A DNA stretch of 64,000 nucleotides from Deferribacterales bacterium (GCA_050251875.1 JBFWMA010000002.1:374606-438605); one strand, 5' to 3'. Positions 11,491 to 22,648 are shown, counted from the stretch's first letter. Notes: generated from the sequence alone by a model not told the origin. Program-made: numbers and translations.

Positions 11491-12832
11491 CCTGCTTTTT
11501 GTATATCTCCTCAAATTTTTTCTTGGTTGAGTCGTACCCCTGTCTGCCCATAATGGCGTAGGCATAGTCTTTGCCCTCTTCCACACCGGGCTGGTCGAAC
11601 GGGTCTATGTCGCATGCCAGACCGATCACAGGAACGATATACTGCCACAGCATGAACAGAGCGCCTATGGCGAACTCGTCCACTATGTCCAGAGATATCT
11701 TCAGCGAGGGTCTTCCCGCGTTTTTCAGAGCGGCCTCAGTACCCATCAGCTCAACATTGCAGAGCTGTCCGAGAGTATGACCGTTCAGATAGTTATATGC
11801 CTCATAGGCGGATGTAATCTTCTTATCTTTGTCGTGGTTCAGCACTTCTATGAAGGTGAAAACCTTGTCGTCCGGTCCCTCTTTATAAAGCTGAACCTGA
11901 GAATGCTGGTCTATCGTTCCTGTGGCTCTCACAGGTGTAGTGCCGAAGAAGACCTCTTTTCCGTCTTTCGTCTTCGCCTTGCCCAGACTCTCGCCCCACA
12001 GCTGGCAGTACCAGTCGGCGAATGAAATCAGTCTGGATGAATAAGGCATCATGACGTTTATCGATTTTCCGTGATCCATAAAATACATATAGATTGCGGA
12101 CATGGTGATTACTTTTTCATAATTGTCCTTAGTGGCGAAAGCCGCTCCTTCGAGCAGTTTTTCCACATCCAGCCCCAGCACGGCGGCAGGGATCAGTCCC
12201 ACGGGGGACAGAACGCTGAAACGCCCGCCAACATTCGGCTGAACATTGAAAGTGATGAATCCTTTCTCTCTGCTCATAGCTCTCAGAGCGCCCTTTTCGG
12301 GGTCTGTGATGGCGCATATCTGTTTTTTCGGGTCTTTTACTTTAGATGAAAGCCACTCATAGATAATGCTGAAATTAGCCGCAGTCTCCACAGTGCTTCC
12401 GGATTTTGTGATGATACATACGAAAGTATCCTCCGGCTGACATTCCGTCAGGATGGACGTCATTTTGCACGGGTCAACGTTGTCCGCCACCCACACACGG
12501 GGAAAACAGCCTCTCTCAGCGAAAGAACGGGCGTTGTATCCGTATGTCAGCATGGCGTTGCAGAGAGTCTCCACGCCGAGAGAGCTGCCGCCTATGCCGA
12601 CAACTATCAGGTCGTTGAATTTTCCACTGACCTCTTTTGCGAATTTTTTAATGGGGGCAATGTCCTGTTTGGGCAGATTGATAAACCCGGCCTGACCGTC
12701 ATCGAACATGTGCAGCAGACGGGCGAGACCTATCTTGGCCTTTTCCTTATACTGCTCCATGGAAGCGTCATCCAGTCCGCCTTGAACATGTTTATCCATA
12801 ACATAATTATAATCAACCCTGATTCGTTTCAT
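11474..12832 (-). CDS. pgi: Glucose-6-phosphate isomerase
   Basis: GIGGSSLG, TKSGSTVET, VGGRFSV, QLWGESLGK and PFDQPGVE motifs. Confidence 0.97.
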   Translation of the reverse strand: MKRIRVDYNYVMDKHVQGGLDDASMEQYKEKAKIGLARLLHMFDDGQAGFINLPKQDIAPIKKFAKEVSGKFNDLIVVGIGGSSLGVETLCNAMLTYGYNARSFAERGCFPRVWVADNVDPCKMTSILTECQPEDTFVCIITKSGSTVETAANFSIIYEWLSSKVKDPKKQICAITDPEKGALRAMSREKGFITFNVQPNVGGRFSVLSPVGLIPAAVLGLDVEKLLEGAAFATKDNYEKVITMSAIYMYFMDHGKSINVMMPYSSRLISFADWYCQLWGESLGKAKTKDGKEVFFGTTPVRATGTIDQHSQVQLYKEGPDDKVFTFIEVLNHDKDKKITSAYEAYNYLNGHTLGQLCNVELMGTEAALKNAGRPSLKISLDIVDEFAIGALFMLWQYIVPVIGLACDIDPFDQPGVEEGKDYAYAIMGRQGYDSTKKKFEEIYKKQDDFII

Positions 12833-14594
12833 CAGTTACCTCCAGAAAACGAACTGCCTCATCAATAGTATTGATCCTGGGCACATTTATTAACACATCA
12901 CGGAAATACTTTCCATAATTTTTGGTTTCCATTCTGTTATCCAGCACAGCCCAAATGCCGAAATCCTCCTCGTGGCGCAGGAGTCTTCCAACAGCCTGTC
13001 GATAGTATATCACAGCCCGGGGCAAAAAATAATCTTTAAAAGGATCCTGACCTTTATTTTTCAAAGAAGCTGCGTGTTCCTTCAGAATTATATCGTCCGG
13101 ATATTCAAAAGGGAGTTTATCCAGAACAACATAACTTATTCCGGTATGAGCGAAATCCATCCCCTCTCTGAAAACGGCGCACCCTATGAAAAAAGTGTCG
13201 GTAAAACCTTCCGTGTCGCTGATGTCTATCTCTGTCTGAGTAAACACCCTGTCCGGAATTATGTTTTTCAGCAGTTTTGCTATTTTATACATTCTGGCGG
13301 TGCTGTTGCAGATCACCAGAACAGAGCCTTTCGCTTTCAGAGCCAGCTCTTCATAAAAGCTGTCGTTACAGTCAGTAACCATAAGCCTGCCCTGTTCTTC
13401 GAAATTAAACACTGGTTCGAGGCTTTTCAGAGCTACTTCGTCCTCGGCGTATCCTATCTCGCCCAGAAAATATGAAAAGCTCTCTTTAGCCGAAAGAGTG
13501 GCGCTGACAAACACCGGTGAGGCGCAAGAGTTTTTGAGCCCCTCACGCAGTTTATCGGATGCGTCCAGCGGGATATACTGTAATATGATGTCGCCGCGCT
13601 CCTGCTCGCAGTAGCGCACGCCCTCTCCATCCGCCAGAACGCTTTTTGCCTTTTCAGACAGCCTCTTATGTATCTGTTTTATATCTTCTATGTCTTTGTC
13701 GCCCAGCACCTTGTCGGCGAATGATATATATGACGTGAGGCGTTCCGATATGTCCGCCGTATACCGTCTTTCCGTCAGATCCTCCAGCAGACCGGACAGC
13801 AGTCCGGCGGTTATCTCTATATCTCTGGGGTCAAATATCGGTCTGTTTTCGTTCATCACCTTCAGATAGCTTCTGAGCGACAGCTCAGTTCCGGCGAATC
13901 TGGGGAAAATATCGGGTATGGAGTGCGCCTCGTCCATGATTATGTGGTCGGCGAAATCCAGTATCATAGCGTGCTCATTCTCTGATTTCAGAGCAAAGTC
14001 GCTCATCAGCAGATAGTGGTTGGTTATCACTATATCGGCATCGTTCGCCTTCTGCTTGGCTCTGTAGAAAGAGCAGATATCATAAAACTCGCATTTGGAC
14101 GACATGCACTGCCATGAATCCACTGTAACGCTCTCTATATCGGCGGCGCTGAAAACGCCCACCGGAATCTCTATAACTTCTCTGTCAGCGACAGTCTCAT
14201 ACCATTCGACTATATTCTGATATCTGAGTGCGTGGGGATAGATAAACTTGAAAAAACGCAGATGACAGAAATAGTTTCTTCTGCCTTTCAGAACGGCGAC
14301 ATTCTTCTCCGTGCCGAAAATCTTCTGGGCTGTGGTGATATCTTTTCCGGATATCTGAGACATGAGCTGTTTTGTTTTTGTGGAGATGATGGTTCTGCGG
14401 TTCAGCTCAAAAGCGGGGATCAGATACGCCATGGTCTTTCCGGAGCCTGTGGGGGCTTCCAGAACCGCCGGGGTGTGATCCTTCATGCAGTCATAGATGA
14501 ACTCGGACGCCTCCGACTGAGCCTTTCTCCTGCGGTATCTCGGCACAGCTTTTTCCAGCGGGCCGCCTTCTTGGAAATAATGTTTAACTGACAT
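12813..14594 (-). CDS. DinG/YoaA family ATP-dependent DNA helicase
   Basis: EAPTGSGKT, KGRRNYFC with Fe-S cysteines, DEAH, SATLS and QAVGRLLR motifs. Start uncertain (ATG 14594 chosen). Confidence 0.92.
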   Translation of the reverse strand: MSVKHYFQEGGPLEKAVPRYRRRKAQSEASEFIYDCMKDHTPAVLEAPTGSGKTMAYLIPAFELNRRTIISTKTKQLMSQISGKDITTAQKIFGTEKNVAVLKGRRNYFCHLRFFKFIYPHALRYQNIVEWYETVADREVIEIPVGVFSAADIESVTVDSWQCMSSKCEFYDICSFYRAKQKANDADIVITNHYLLMSDFALKSENEHAMILDFADHIIMDEAHSIPDIFPRFAGTELSLRSYLKVMNENRPIFDPRDIEITAGLLSGLLEDLTERRYTADISERLTSYISFADKVLGDKDIEDIKQIHKRLSEKAKSVLADGEGVRYCEQERGDIILQYIPLDASDKLREGLKNSCASPVFVSATLSAKESFSYFLGEIGYAEDEVALKSLEPVFNFEEQGRLMVTDCNDSFYEELALKAKGSVLVICNSTARMYKIAKLLKNIIPDRVFTQTEIDISDTEGFTDTFFIGCAVFREGMDFAHTGISYVVLDKLPFEYPDDIILKEHAASLKNKGQDPFKDYFLPRAVIYYRQAVGRLLRHEEDFGIWAVLDNRMETKNYGKYFRDVLINVPRINTIDEAVRFLEVTDETNQG

Positions 14595-14665
14595 TGATAC
14601 AGAATAGTTGAATAAATGGTTTGTTTCAAATATATTCTCCATATCAAGAAAAAAAGGTATGCCTG

Positions 14666-15982
14666 ATGAAAAAAATAATTCTCATAATATGCGTGCTGGC
14701 TATGGTCTTCGGATGCGGCAAAGAGGATAAAAAAGATTCCGGCTCTCTTCAGGACAGTCTTCCAGCCGGAAGCAAGCGCTACACACCCGTTGTGGACGCC
14801 GTTAAAAGGATCGAAGACTCCGTGGTGAATATCAGAACAGAGAAGATAATAACCACATCCATAGGTCCATCAGGTGACGAAACTCTCCACGGCGAAAACT
14901 ATATCAACGATTTCTTCGGGCATAACAGAACATATAAAACACAGAGTTTGGGTTCCGGATTCATCGTGGAAGATGACGGGATTATCATAACTAACTATCA
15001 TGTAATAGAATCAGCATCTAAAATATATGTCCTTCTGAACGACAACAGCGTTTATGAGGCAAAACTTCTGGGCGGGGACAACATAATCGACCTTGCCGTG
15101 CTGAAGATACTGAAGGCCGACAGAAAATTTCCCACGGCGGCTCTGGGTGACAGCGACAAGGCTCTGCTGGGCGAAAGCGTCATAGCCATGGGCAACCCTT
15201 ACGGTCTGAACAGCTCCATCACCACAGGGGTCATCAGCTCCGTCAGACGTATCATCCACATAGGTCTCGGATATTCTGTCTTCATGCAGACTGACGCCCT
15301 TATCAACCCAGGCAACTCCGGTGGTCCTCTGGTGAATATGGACGGAGAGGTGATCGGCATCAACTCCGCTATGGTTCAGCAGGCGCAGGGGATATGTTTT
15401 TCCATACCTATCAACACAGCCATGCGTATTCTGCCGGAAATCCTGAAAACCGGAAAAGTCCGCATGGGCTACATGGGCATATCCGTGACAGAGACGAAGG
15501 ACGACAACGGCATACACCTTGTCATCACCAGCGTGGGCAAAGATTCCAACGCTGAGAAAATCGGCATAAAAGCCAACGACATAATACTTCAGGTGAACGG
15601 GATTCCTATATCATCCCTGCTGGCTATGAGCAACATGCTGAGAAGCTATCCCACCGGCGCTCCGGTCTCCATGATAATCGAGAGGGGGACTAAAACGTTC
15701 AAGGGACAGGTTCTGATGGCTGATTATCCCGAAAACTATGGAATAAATCTGCTCAGGAGCAACTACGGGCTTGATTTCGCCGTTGAAAACAACCTTATGA
15801 CTATCATAAAAAGCACGGAGAGCGATTCTGTCATGGTCGGCGACATTCTGGTGGCGGTGAACGACAGCGAGGTTAAGTCATTGGAAGAGCTGAATGATTT
15901 TGTCATGGATAATCTGGGCAGACAGATTACATTCACCATCTACAGAAAGGGAACTCTCTTAAGACTGAAAGTCCAGATATAA
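14666..15982 (+). CDS. HtrA/DegP-family serine protease with PDZ domains, probable lipoprotein
   Basis: Lipobox-like LAMVFGC; TNYHV, DLAVLK and GNSGGPL catalytic triad; C-terminal PDZ-like domains. Confidence 0.93.
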   Translation: MKKIILIICVLAMVFGCGKEDKKDSGSLQDSLPAGSKRYTPVVDAVKRIEDSVVNIRTEKIITTSIGPSGDETLHGENYINDFFGHNRTYKTQSLGSGFIVEDDGIIITNYHVIESASKIYVLLNDNSVYEAKLLGGDNIIDLAVLKILKADRKFPTAALGDSDKALLGESVIAMGNPYGLNSSITTGVISSVRRIIHIGLGYSVFMQTDALINPGNSGGPLVNMDGEVIGINSAMVQQAQGICFSIPINTAMRILPEILKTGKVRMGYMGISVTETKDDNGIHLVITSVGKDSNAEKIGIKANDIILQVNGIPISSLLAMSNMLRSYPTGAPVSMIIERGTKTFKGQVLMADYPENYGINLLRSNYGLDFAVENNLMTIIKSTESDSVMVGDILVAVNDSEVKSLEELNDFVMDNLGRQITFTIYRKGTLLRLKVQI

Positions 15983-15994
15983 ATTATCCAATAA

Positions 15995-16008
15995 TTGATT
16001 TAGCTCAA
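15995..16008. promoter_or_regulatory. CRP/FNR-family (FNR/Dnr/HcpR-type) binding box upstream of hcp
   Basis: TTGAT-TTAG-CTCAA, 9/10 match to TTGAT-N4-ATCAA, with AA/TT flanks extending the symmetry; about 65 nt before the hcp start. Confidence 0.7.
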
Positions 16009-16073
16009 TTTAATTCGGATTAACATGGTCTATTCTCCTGCTATGAAGTAATTCAACACAGGAGGAACACTAC

Positions 16074-17696
16074 ATGAGCATGTTCTGTTTTCAATGTCAG
16101 GAAGCCGCTAAAGGCACAGGATGCACAGTAAGAGGCGTATGCGGAAAAACCGAAAGCTGCGCTGATCTTCAGGATGCGCTGGTATACACACTGAAAGGTC
16201 TGTCCGTTTATGCGGAAGGCATCAAAGACGCTGATAAAAAATACGGCAGATACGTTAATCAGGCGCTTTTCGCCACAATCACAAACGCTAACTTCGATGA
16301 CGCCAGAATATATGAACTGATTCTCGAAGGCGTAAAACTGCGTGACGAAGCAAAAGCAGCTTCCACAGTGGTATCCACACTCGACTGCGCCTCATGGGCT
16401 CCCAAAAGCATGGAAGACGCCGTTGCTAAGGGTGCTTCTTTCGGCGTTCTCGCCACAGAGAACGAAGATATCAGATCTCTCCGTGAGCTTATGGTATACG
16501 GACTGAAAGGTGTAGCGGCATACGCAGACCACGCCTATGTTCTGGGATACGAAGATACATCAATATACGCCCACGCTTTCACAGCTCTGGCGGCTACCAC
16601 AAAATCACTCTCCGCTGAAGAGCTCATCGGGCTCATCATGAAAACAGGCGAGATAGCCGTTACAACTATGGCTCTGCTGGACAAAGCCAACACAACAACA
16701 TACGGCAGCCCCGAAGTGACAGAAGTCAATATCGGTGTCGGCGCTAACCCCGGAATACTCATCTCCGGTCACGACCTGAAAGACATGAAAGAGCTTCTGG
16801 AGCAGACAAAAGGAACAGGCGTTGATGTATATACACACAGCGAGATGCTCCCCGCACACTACTACCCCGAGTTCAAAAAATACAGCCACCTGAAAGGCAA
16901 CTACGGCAACGCATGGTGGAAACAGGATAAAGAGTTCGAGTCTTTCAACGGACCTATCCTGATGACAACAAACTGCATCGTGCCTGTAAAAGACGCATAC
17001 AAAGGCAGAATGTACACAACCGGTATGGCTGGCTACCCTGGGCTTAAGCACATCGCTGACGCTCCCGCTGGACAGCAGAAAGATTTCAGCGCAATCATTG
17101 CTCAGGCTAAAACTTGCCCCGCCCCCACACAGATTGAGGACGGAAAGATAGTCGGCGGATTTGCCCACGCTCAGGTTATGGCTGTTGCCGACAAAGTTGT
17201 AGACGCTGTTAAATCAGGCGCCATCAAAAGATTTGTCGTAATGGCAGGATGCGACGGCAGACACAAAGAGAGAAGCTACTTTACAGACGTGGCTGAGGCT
17301 CTGCCGAAAGACGCTGTGATCCTGACAGCCGGCTGCGCAAAATACCGCTACAACAAGCTGAACCTCGGCGACATCGGCGGTATCCCCAGAGTTCTGGACG
17401 CAGGACAGTGCAACGACAGCTATTCTCTGGCTGTGATCGCTCTTAAACTGAAAGAAGTGTTTGGTCTGGAAGATATAAACGAGCTTCCCCTCTCCTTCGA
17501 CATAGCATGGTACGAGCAGAAGGCGGTTGCCGTTCTCCTCGCCCTGCTCTTCCTCGGAGTGAAAGGAGTACGCCTCGGACCGACCCTTCCCGCTTTCCTG
17601 TCACCTAACGTGGCGAAAGTGCTGGTAGAAAACTTCGACATCAAGCCCATCGGCGATGTGGCAGGCGATGTAGAAAAAATAATGGCAGGATGCTGA
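16074..17696 (+). CDS. hcp: Hybrid cluster protein (hydroxylamine reductase / NO reductase)
   Basis: [31 protein letters not shown] and WYEQKA motifs; AGGAGG SD. Confidence 0.98.
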   Translation: MSMFCFQCQEAAKGTGCTVRGVCGKTESCADLQDALVYTLKGLSVYAEGIKDADKKYGRYVNQALFATITNANFDDARIYELILEGVKLRDEAKAASTVVSTLDCASWAPKSMEDAVAKGASFGVLATENEDIRSLRELMVYGLKGVAAYADHAYVLGYEDTSIYAHAFTALAATTKSLSAEELIGLIMKTGEIAVTTMALLDKANTTTYGSPEVTEVNIGVGANPGILISGHDLKDMKELLEQTKGTGVDVYTHSEMLPAHYYPEFKKYSHLKGNYGNAWWKQDKEFESFNGPILMTTNCIVPVKDAYKGRMYTTGMAGYPGLKHIADAPAGQQKDFSAIIAQAKTCPAPTQIEDGKIVGGFAHAQVMAVADKVVDAVKSGAIKRFVVMAGCDGRHKERSYFTDVAEALPKDAVILTAGCAKYRYNKLNLGDIGGIPRVLDAGQCNDSYSLAVIALKLKEVFGLEDINELPLSFDIAWYEQKAVAVLLALLFLGVKGVRLGPTLPAFLSPNVAKVLVENFDIKPIGDVAGDVEKIMAGC

Positions 17697-17702
17697 TAAA
17701 TT

Positions 17703-17733
17703 AAGGCGGCATATAAAATGCCGCCCTACTTTT
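17703..17733 (+). terminator. Probable intrinsic terminator after hcp
   Basis: GGCGGCAT-ATAAA-ATGCCGCC hairpin followed by a short T run. Confidence 0.65.
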
Positions 17734-17757
17734 CATAAAAAATACACGCCTTTTTTT

Positions 17758-17788
17758 GTTCCCCTCTTTGTAAAGGGGGGAACTTTTT
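17758..17788. repeat. Second GC-rich inverted repeat (terminator- or REP-like)
   Basis: GTTCCCCTCTTT-GT-AAAGGGGGGAAC followed by TTTTT. Confidence 0.45.
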
Positions 17789-17829
17789 CTAGTGTTGCTT
17801 TTGGTTCAAATGACATCTATTATAAACCT

Positions 17830-18648
17830 ATGAAAATAACCATAATCGCAGACAACTATGTGGACAAAAGCTCATATCTGGCTGAACACGGATTCTCCTG
17901 TTTCATAGAGACAGCGGATTTCGATATACTTTTCGATACCGGTCAGGGTGACGCCTTCATCAACAACCTGAAACTGCTGAACATAAAACACGCCGACTTT
18001 CTGGCTCTGTCGCACGGGCATTACGACCACACAGGCGGTCTCAGCCGTCACCTTTACGACTGTGCGGCAATCACCACTGACATCTATGCCAGCAGATACA
18101 TTTTCGATAATCACTTAAGAAAGAATCCGGACGGGTCTTTTGACTTTAACGGTTTCGGAAGCAGCAGAGATGAAATATCAGATAACTTCAAACTGCATCT
18201 GAACACCGGATTCACGCAGATCGCGGAAAATGTTTTCTTATCCGGCACCATCGACCGTGAGATAAATTTTGACGCAGATGCCCTGCTTTATGCGGAAATA
18301 GACAGCCACACCAGAAAAGACATGTTCAGAGACGAACAGTATATGATAATCCGTGAGGAGGACGGTATCCACCTGATAAGCGGATGCACCCACTGCGGAG
18401 CGGAAAACCTGCTGAGACACGCCAAAAAGCTGTTTCCGGACGACAGGATAATATCTTTGACCGGAGGTCTGCACCTTTACCGCTCGACACAGGACGACAT
18501 CAACAGCGTCATAGAGTTTCTGGAAAAGGAAGATATAAAAATAATAGCCACAGGACACTGCACAGGGATAGAAGCAATATTTCAGATGAAAAGCAGACTG
18601 GGCGACAAAGTTATCTTCACCAAAGCCGGAATGGAAATAAGATATTAG
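17830..18648 (+). CDS. MBL-fold metallo-hydrolase
   Basis: EHGFS, LFDTG, SHGHYDHTGG, GCTH, GGLH and GHCTG motifs. Confidence 0.92.
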   Translation: MKITIIADNYVDKSSYLAEHGFSCFIETADFDILFDTGQGDAFINNLKLLNIKHADFLALSHGHYDHTGGLSRHLYDCAAITTDIYASRYIFDNHLRKNPDGSFDFNGFGSSRDEISDNFKLHLNTGFTQIAENVFLSGTIDREINFDADALLYAEIDSHTRKDMFRDEQYMIIREEDGIHLISGCTHCGAENLLRHAKKLFPDDRIISLTGGLHLYRSTQDDINSVIEFLEKEDIKIIATGHCTGIEAIFQMKSRLGDKVIFTKAGMEIRY

Positions 18649-20201
18649 AGAGTAAAAACGATCCTGAGCACGCCCATTATGTAGAGAGCGTATGAAATGA
18701 CCTCCGCATAGGGCAGTTTTGACCCCTGAACAAAGAAAGCCGTTATGAGAAACATAACACCCATAGCGAAAGGTCTGGCGAATTTTTTCAGAGCCAGCGA
18801 AACCGCCTCTTTGTCCTCGGGTGATATTTTCACCTCCAGAGTATATTCGCTCATATCCTCGATGATCTTCTTTACCTTCATAAGCGTGAGCGGAAGCTCC
18901 AGAGTCTCCCTCTTAACAGTGCTCCACAGCCCGTCATTGAACCCCAGCGCCTCAGGGAGCCTGTCTTTAAGAATCGGCAATATATCCTTGATACCATTAA
19001 AGTTCTCAATATAATTCGTACCCAGCCCCTCGATGATGGAGCTGACCCGCATGATGTATATCGCTTCCTGCGGGAGTTTATACGGCACTGTCTTCAGCGA
19101 GTCCAGAAGCTCGAAAGCCAGCGTCTGCATGCTTTTGGCGTCCAGTGTGTTGTTATCCAGAATATCAAAGATGCGCTCCGCTATATCCTGAAGATCAAAA
19201 TCCGGAGCGTCCTGAGATATAATGCCCAGCCTCTTGGCGCATTTGATATAATGCTCGAAATTGCGTTCATTTGCCGCCTTGACGAGCTGAATTATATTCT
19301 TTCTGGTTCTGGAAGGGATTTTCTGAACCATGCCGAAATCCAGCAGGACAAGATCGCCGTTTTCTGTCACCAGAAGGTTGCCCGGGTGCGGGTCGGCATG
19401 AAAGAAGCCGTTTATAAAGAGCTGATCCACATAGAAATTAACCAGTTTTTTCATGATTTCGCTGAAGCTGATATTCAGCTTTTCCAGATTCTTTTTATCA
19501 TCAAACCTATAGCCGTATTCAAACGACATCACCAGAGCGTCCGGAGACGAGCACTCAGGATATCCCACAGGAAATTTTACCCCGCTGTCGGCGTATACCT
19601 CGGAAAATTTCTGCATGTTCAGAAGCTCTATGCTGAGATCGACCTCTTTCAGTATCATACGGCTGAACTCCGCAATCACGGCGTCCAACGAGTTTTTGGT
19701 ATTTTCCGAGAACAGAGGGTGAAAAAGAGTGTTGAAGAATGTCAGTATCTGAATGTCCGCCCGAATGACGTTCTGGATGTCATAACGGCGCAGTTTCACG
19801 GCGACATCACGTCCGTCTTTCAGCTTTGCCCTGTGCACCTGCCCTATGGAGGCGCTGGCGATGGGCTCATCGTCAAACTCCGAAAAGCAGACCCTGCCGC
19901 CGAACGCTTTTGAAAAAACGATGTTAAAATCCCTGCCGCTCATGGGAGGAATCTCATCGTGGAGCTGGCGCATATACACCAGATATTCATCGGTGAAAAA
20001 ATCCGCTCTGGTAGCCAGAACCTGTGCCAGCTTTATAAAACTGGCGCCCAGACTGTTTATGCGCTCCTTCAGGGCGGCTGGCGCCAGCGGTCTGATGAAC
20101 AGCAGGCTCTTTCTGCCCTTTATAATCAGAAATACCGTCAGGATCACACGAAAAACGTGATAGACCCTGAGCGGAGAATAATATCTGAAAATTTTTCGCA
20201 A
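18645..20201 (-). CDS. ABC1/UbiB/AarF family atypical kinase
   Basis: FIKLAQ, ASASIGQVH, VAVK, HADPHPGN and LLDFG motifs; two C-terminal TMs. Confidence 0.95.
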   Translation of the reverse strand: MRKIFRYYSPLRVYHVFRVILTVFLIIKGRKSLLFIRPLAPAALKERINSLGASFIKLAQVLATRADFFTDEYLVYMRQLHDEIPPMSGRDFNIVFSKAFGGRVCFSEFDDEPIASASIGQVHRAKLKDGRDVAVKLRRYDIQNVIRADIQILTFFNTLFHPLFSENTKNSLDAVIAEFSRMILKEVDLSIELLNMQKFSEVYADSGVKFPVGYPECSSPDALVMSFEYGYRFDDKKNLEKLNISFSEIMKKLVNFYVDQLFINGFFHADPHPGNLLVTENGDLVLLDFGMVQKIPSRTRKNIIQLVKAANERNFEHYIKCAKRLGIISQDAPDFDLQDIAERIFDILDNNTLDAKSMQTLAFELLDSLKTVPYKLPQEAIYIMRVSSIIEGLGTNYIENFNGIKDILPILKDRLPEALGFNDGLWSTVKRETLELPLTLMKVKKIIEDMSEYTLEVKISPEDKEAVSLALKKFARPFAMGVMFLITAFFVQGSKLPYAEVISYALYIMGVLRIVFTL

Positions 20202-20202
20202 T

Positions 20203-20478
20203 TTATTTTTCTTTTATCAGCTTTTTCAGTTCTTCTATGTCGTCTTTTGTTGCCAGACCCATTTCGTTTATCACTTCTCTGACAACCTCTTTCAGCTTGT
20301 CGTTCAGGGCTTTTTCCTCTTCTTTGCCTCTGGCGGCGGCTTTATCCATGAACTCTTTCTGCTGTTCTTTCGTCAGTTTTCCTTTTTCCAGAAGCTCTTT
20401 TGTCTCCGCCTCTATCTTCTCTTTCGCCAGGATCGCAGTGCCTATGCCCATGTAGAACAGATCTTTTAATTCAGCCAT
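20203..20478 (-). CDS. Small phasin-like / PHA-regulator-like coiled-coil protein
   Basis: LFYMGIG...LLEKGKL...MGLATKDDIEEL pattern, typical of the gene found upstream of ABC1 kinases; GGAGG SD. Confidence 0.75.
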   Translation of the reverse strand: MAELKDLFYMGIGTAILAKEKIEAETKELLEKGKLTKEQQKEFMDKAAARGKEEEKALNDKLKEVVREVINEMGLATKDDIEELKKLIKEK

Positions 20479-20493
20479 TGTATCCTCCGGGAA

Positions 20494-22323
20494 TTAACCT
20501 ATTTCATTCAGTCTGCCGTCATAGAAAGCCGTGAGCTCCTCCAGCTTGTCCGTCACTTCCAGAAGCTCTTCCAGCATCCCGTCCACGCTCTTTTTCGCTT
20601 CGTCCAGATCTCTGGATGCGCTGGCGATGGCGTCAGCATCGCCGGAGTTAGAAGCGTCTATGAGAGCTTTGTTCAGCAGGTCTATGCGTTCTTCTGCGGA
20701 CGCTATGTCCTTTTCCAGTTTATCATGTCTGTCCTGAACAGGCTTTAATACTTTGCCTTTTTCAGAAATGATCTCGGAACGCATTTTCCGCTGTTCCTTC
20801 TTGCTGTATGGGGACGCAGCGGTCTGCTTTTCATTAAAATCTTCCTGCCAGCCTATTTTTTCAAGGAATTCCTGATAACAGCCGTCAAAAACCTCAATTT
20901 TATCATTCTGAAAGATGATAAGCCTGTCGGCTATGGCGTTCAGAAACATCTCATTGTGAGTAACCATAATCACGGTGCCTTTAAAGGCGTCTATCGCCTC
21001 CAGCAGAGAATCGCAGGACTGCATGTCCAGGTGGTTGGTCGGTTCATCCAGAAAGAGTATGTTGGCGGGCTGAAGTATCGCCTTAGCCAGCATTACACGG
21101 CTCTTTTCGCCTCCGGAGAGAACAGATATCTTCTTCAGGGCGTCATCACCGGAAAACATCATGGTTCCGGCGGCGTCTCTGGCTCTCTGGCGCTCGTTTA
21201 TGCCTTCCACGTCCATCAGCTCCTGTTCGATGGTGTTGTTCAGCCCCAGCCTCTGTACGTTGGTCTGTTCATATACCGCCGATTTCAGCTGACCGTGGAA
21301 CGACAGCTCGCCGGAATCCGGATCGTTGATCCCGCAGAGGAGCTTCAGCAGAGTTGTTTTTCCTTTACCGTTCTTTCCTATGATACATATCTTTTCATTT
21401 GACCCCACTGTGATGCTGAAGTCTTTTATGATCTGGTTGTCTTTTTCATATCCGAAGCTCAGGTTTCTGGCGGTTATCAGCTCTTTAGCCCTGATGGGGG
21501 AATGATTGAACTTGAACTCCAGATCCTCGATCTCTTCCAGCTTGTCCTTCTGTCCCATTTTTTCCAGAACTTTCACTCTGGACTGAACCCTGCTGGCAAG
21601 GCTCGCCTTTGATTTGAACCGTGTGACGAAAAGCTCTATCTCTTTTCTTTTCGCCTCTTCGTTCAGACGGGTCTTTTCATATATCTCTTCTTCCTGAATG
21701 ATCTTTTCGTAAAATTTTTCAGTATTGCCTTTAATCTTCTTTATCTGCTGGCGGTGTATGCCCAGAGTGTGCGTAACAACCCTGTCCATGAACGATCTGT
21801 CGTGGGTTATCAGCACCAGCTCGCCTTTCCACTTAGCCAGAAACTGCTCCAGCCAGCGGATAGACGTAATATCCAGATAGTTGGTCGGTTCATCCAGAAG
21901 GAGAAGATCCGGCTCGGACAGAAGCAGTTTCGCCAGATTAAGCCTGACCTGATATCCGCCGGAGAAATCATTGGGCGACTTCTGCATGTCGTCATCGGAA
22001 AAACCGAGACCGGAGAGAATCTTCTCCGCCTTCCAGACATCGTCCTTTTCCTCTTCTCTAAGCCCTTCCGCCGCTTCCAGCACCGCTGTGGGCTGTTTGA
22101 AATCGATTATCTGCTTCAGATAACCTATGCGGTAGTTTTTGGGGATGTTTATCAGCCCCTCGTCCTGTTCCTGTTCACCTGTGAGGATGCGCATCAGAGT
22201 TGTCTTTCCGTGTCCGTTGCGCCCCACCAGACCTATTTTTTCGCCTTCGTTGATTCGAAAGCTGATTTTGCTGAACAAAGTCCTCGGCCCATAGGCTTTG
22301 GATAAATTCTCGATACTAAGCAC
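20494..22323 (-). CDS. ABC-F family ATPase
   Basis: Two ABC cassettes (GRNGHGKTT/FSGG/LDEPTN and GKNGKGKTT/LSGGE/LDEPTN), no TMs, C-terminal coiled coil. Confidence 0.96.
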   Translation of the reverse strand: MLSIENLSKAYGPRTLFSKISFRINEGEKIGLVGRNGHGKTTLMRILTGEQEQDEGLINIPKNYRIGYLKQIIDFKQPTAVLEAAEGLREEEKDDVWKAEKILSGLGFSDDDMQKSPNDFSGGYQVRLNLAKLLLSEPDLLLLDEPTNYLDITSIRWLEQFLAKWKGELVLITHDRSFMDRVVTHTLGIHRQQIKKIKGNTEKFYEKIIQEEEIYEKTRLNEEAKRKEIELFVTRFKSKASLASRVQSRVKVLEKMGQKDKLEEIEDLEFKFNHSPIRAKELITARNLSFGYEKDNQIIKDFSITVGSNEKICIIGKNGKGKTTLLKLLCGINDPDSGELSFHGQLKSAVYEQTNVQRLGLNNTIEQELMDVEGINERQRARDAAGTMMFSGDDALKKISVLSGGEKSRVMLAKAILQPANILFLDEPTNHLDMQSCDSLLEAIDAFKGTVIMVTHNEMFLNAIADRLIIFQNDKIEVFDGCYQEFLEKIGWQEDFNEKQTAASPYSKKEQRKMRSEIISEKGKVLKPVQDRHDKLEKDIASAEERIDLLNKALIDASNSGDADAIASASRDLDEAKKSVDGMLEELLEVTDKLEELTAFYDGRLNEIG

Positions 22324-22327
22324 TTAT

Positions 22328-22648
22328 CTACCCCTGTCTGAACCGCATGGTACATCCTATGCGTGTTCCTATCTCTTTTTTCATATTGTCGTCCGCCATG
22401 CTTCCGTCAGAACATTTTCTGATCTCGGTCACGCCTGTCTCCGACACCGTCATGTAATAATCCGTGGTGCTCCATTCTCCGTCCGCCTCAGGCACAGAGC
22501 CCTCCGCTATGGAATCATACGAGTGGAGTATCAGCACATCTCCGGACAGAGTGCAGTCCCCGGACATAACCAGTTCGTCCGTCAGCGCTTTCTGCCACCT
22601 GTACATACCTTCACTCTGTGATATCAGATAACCGTCAAGATTTTGCAT
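22328..22648 (-). CDS. Hypothetical protein (106 aa)
   Basis: Fills the gap directly upstream of the ABC-F gene on the same strand (4-nt spacing); no recognised motif. Confidence 0.6.
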   Translation of the reverse strand: MQNLDGYLISQSEGMYRWQKALTDELVMSGDCTLSGDVLILHSYDSIAEGSVPEADGEWSTTDYYMTVSETGVTEIRKCSDGSMADDNMKKEIGTRIGCTMRFRQG

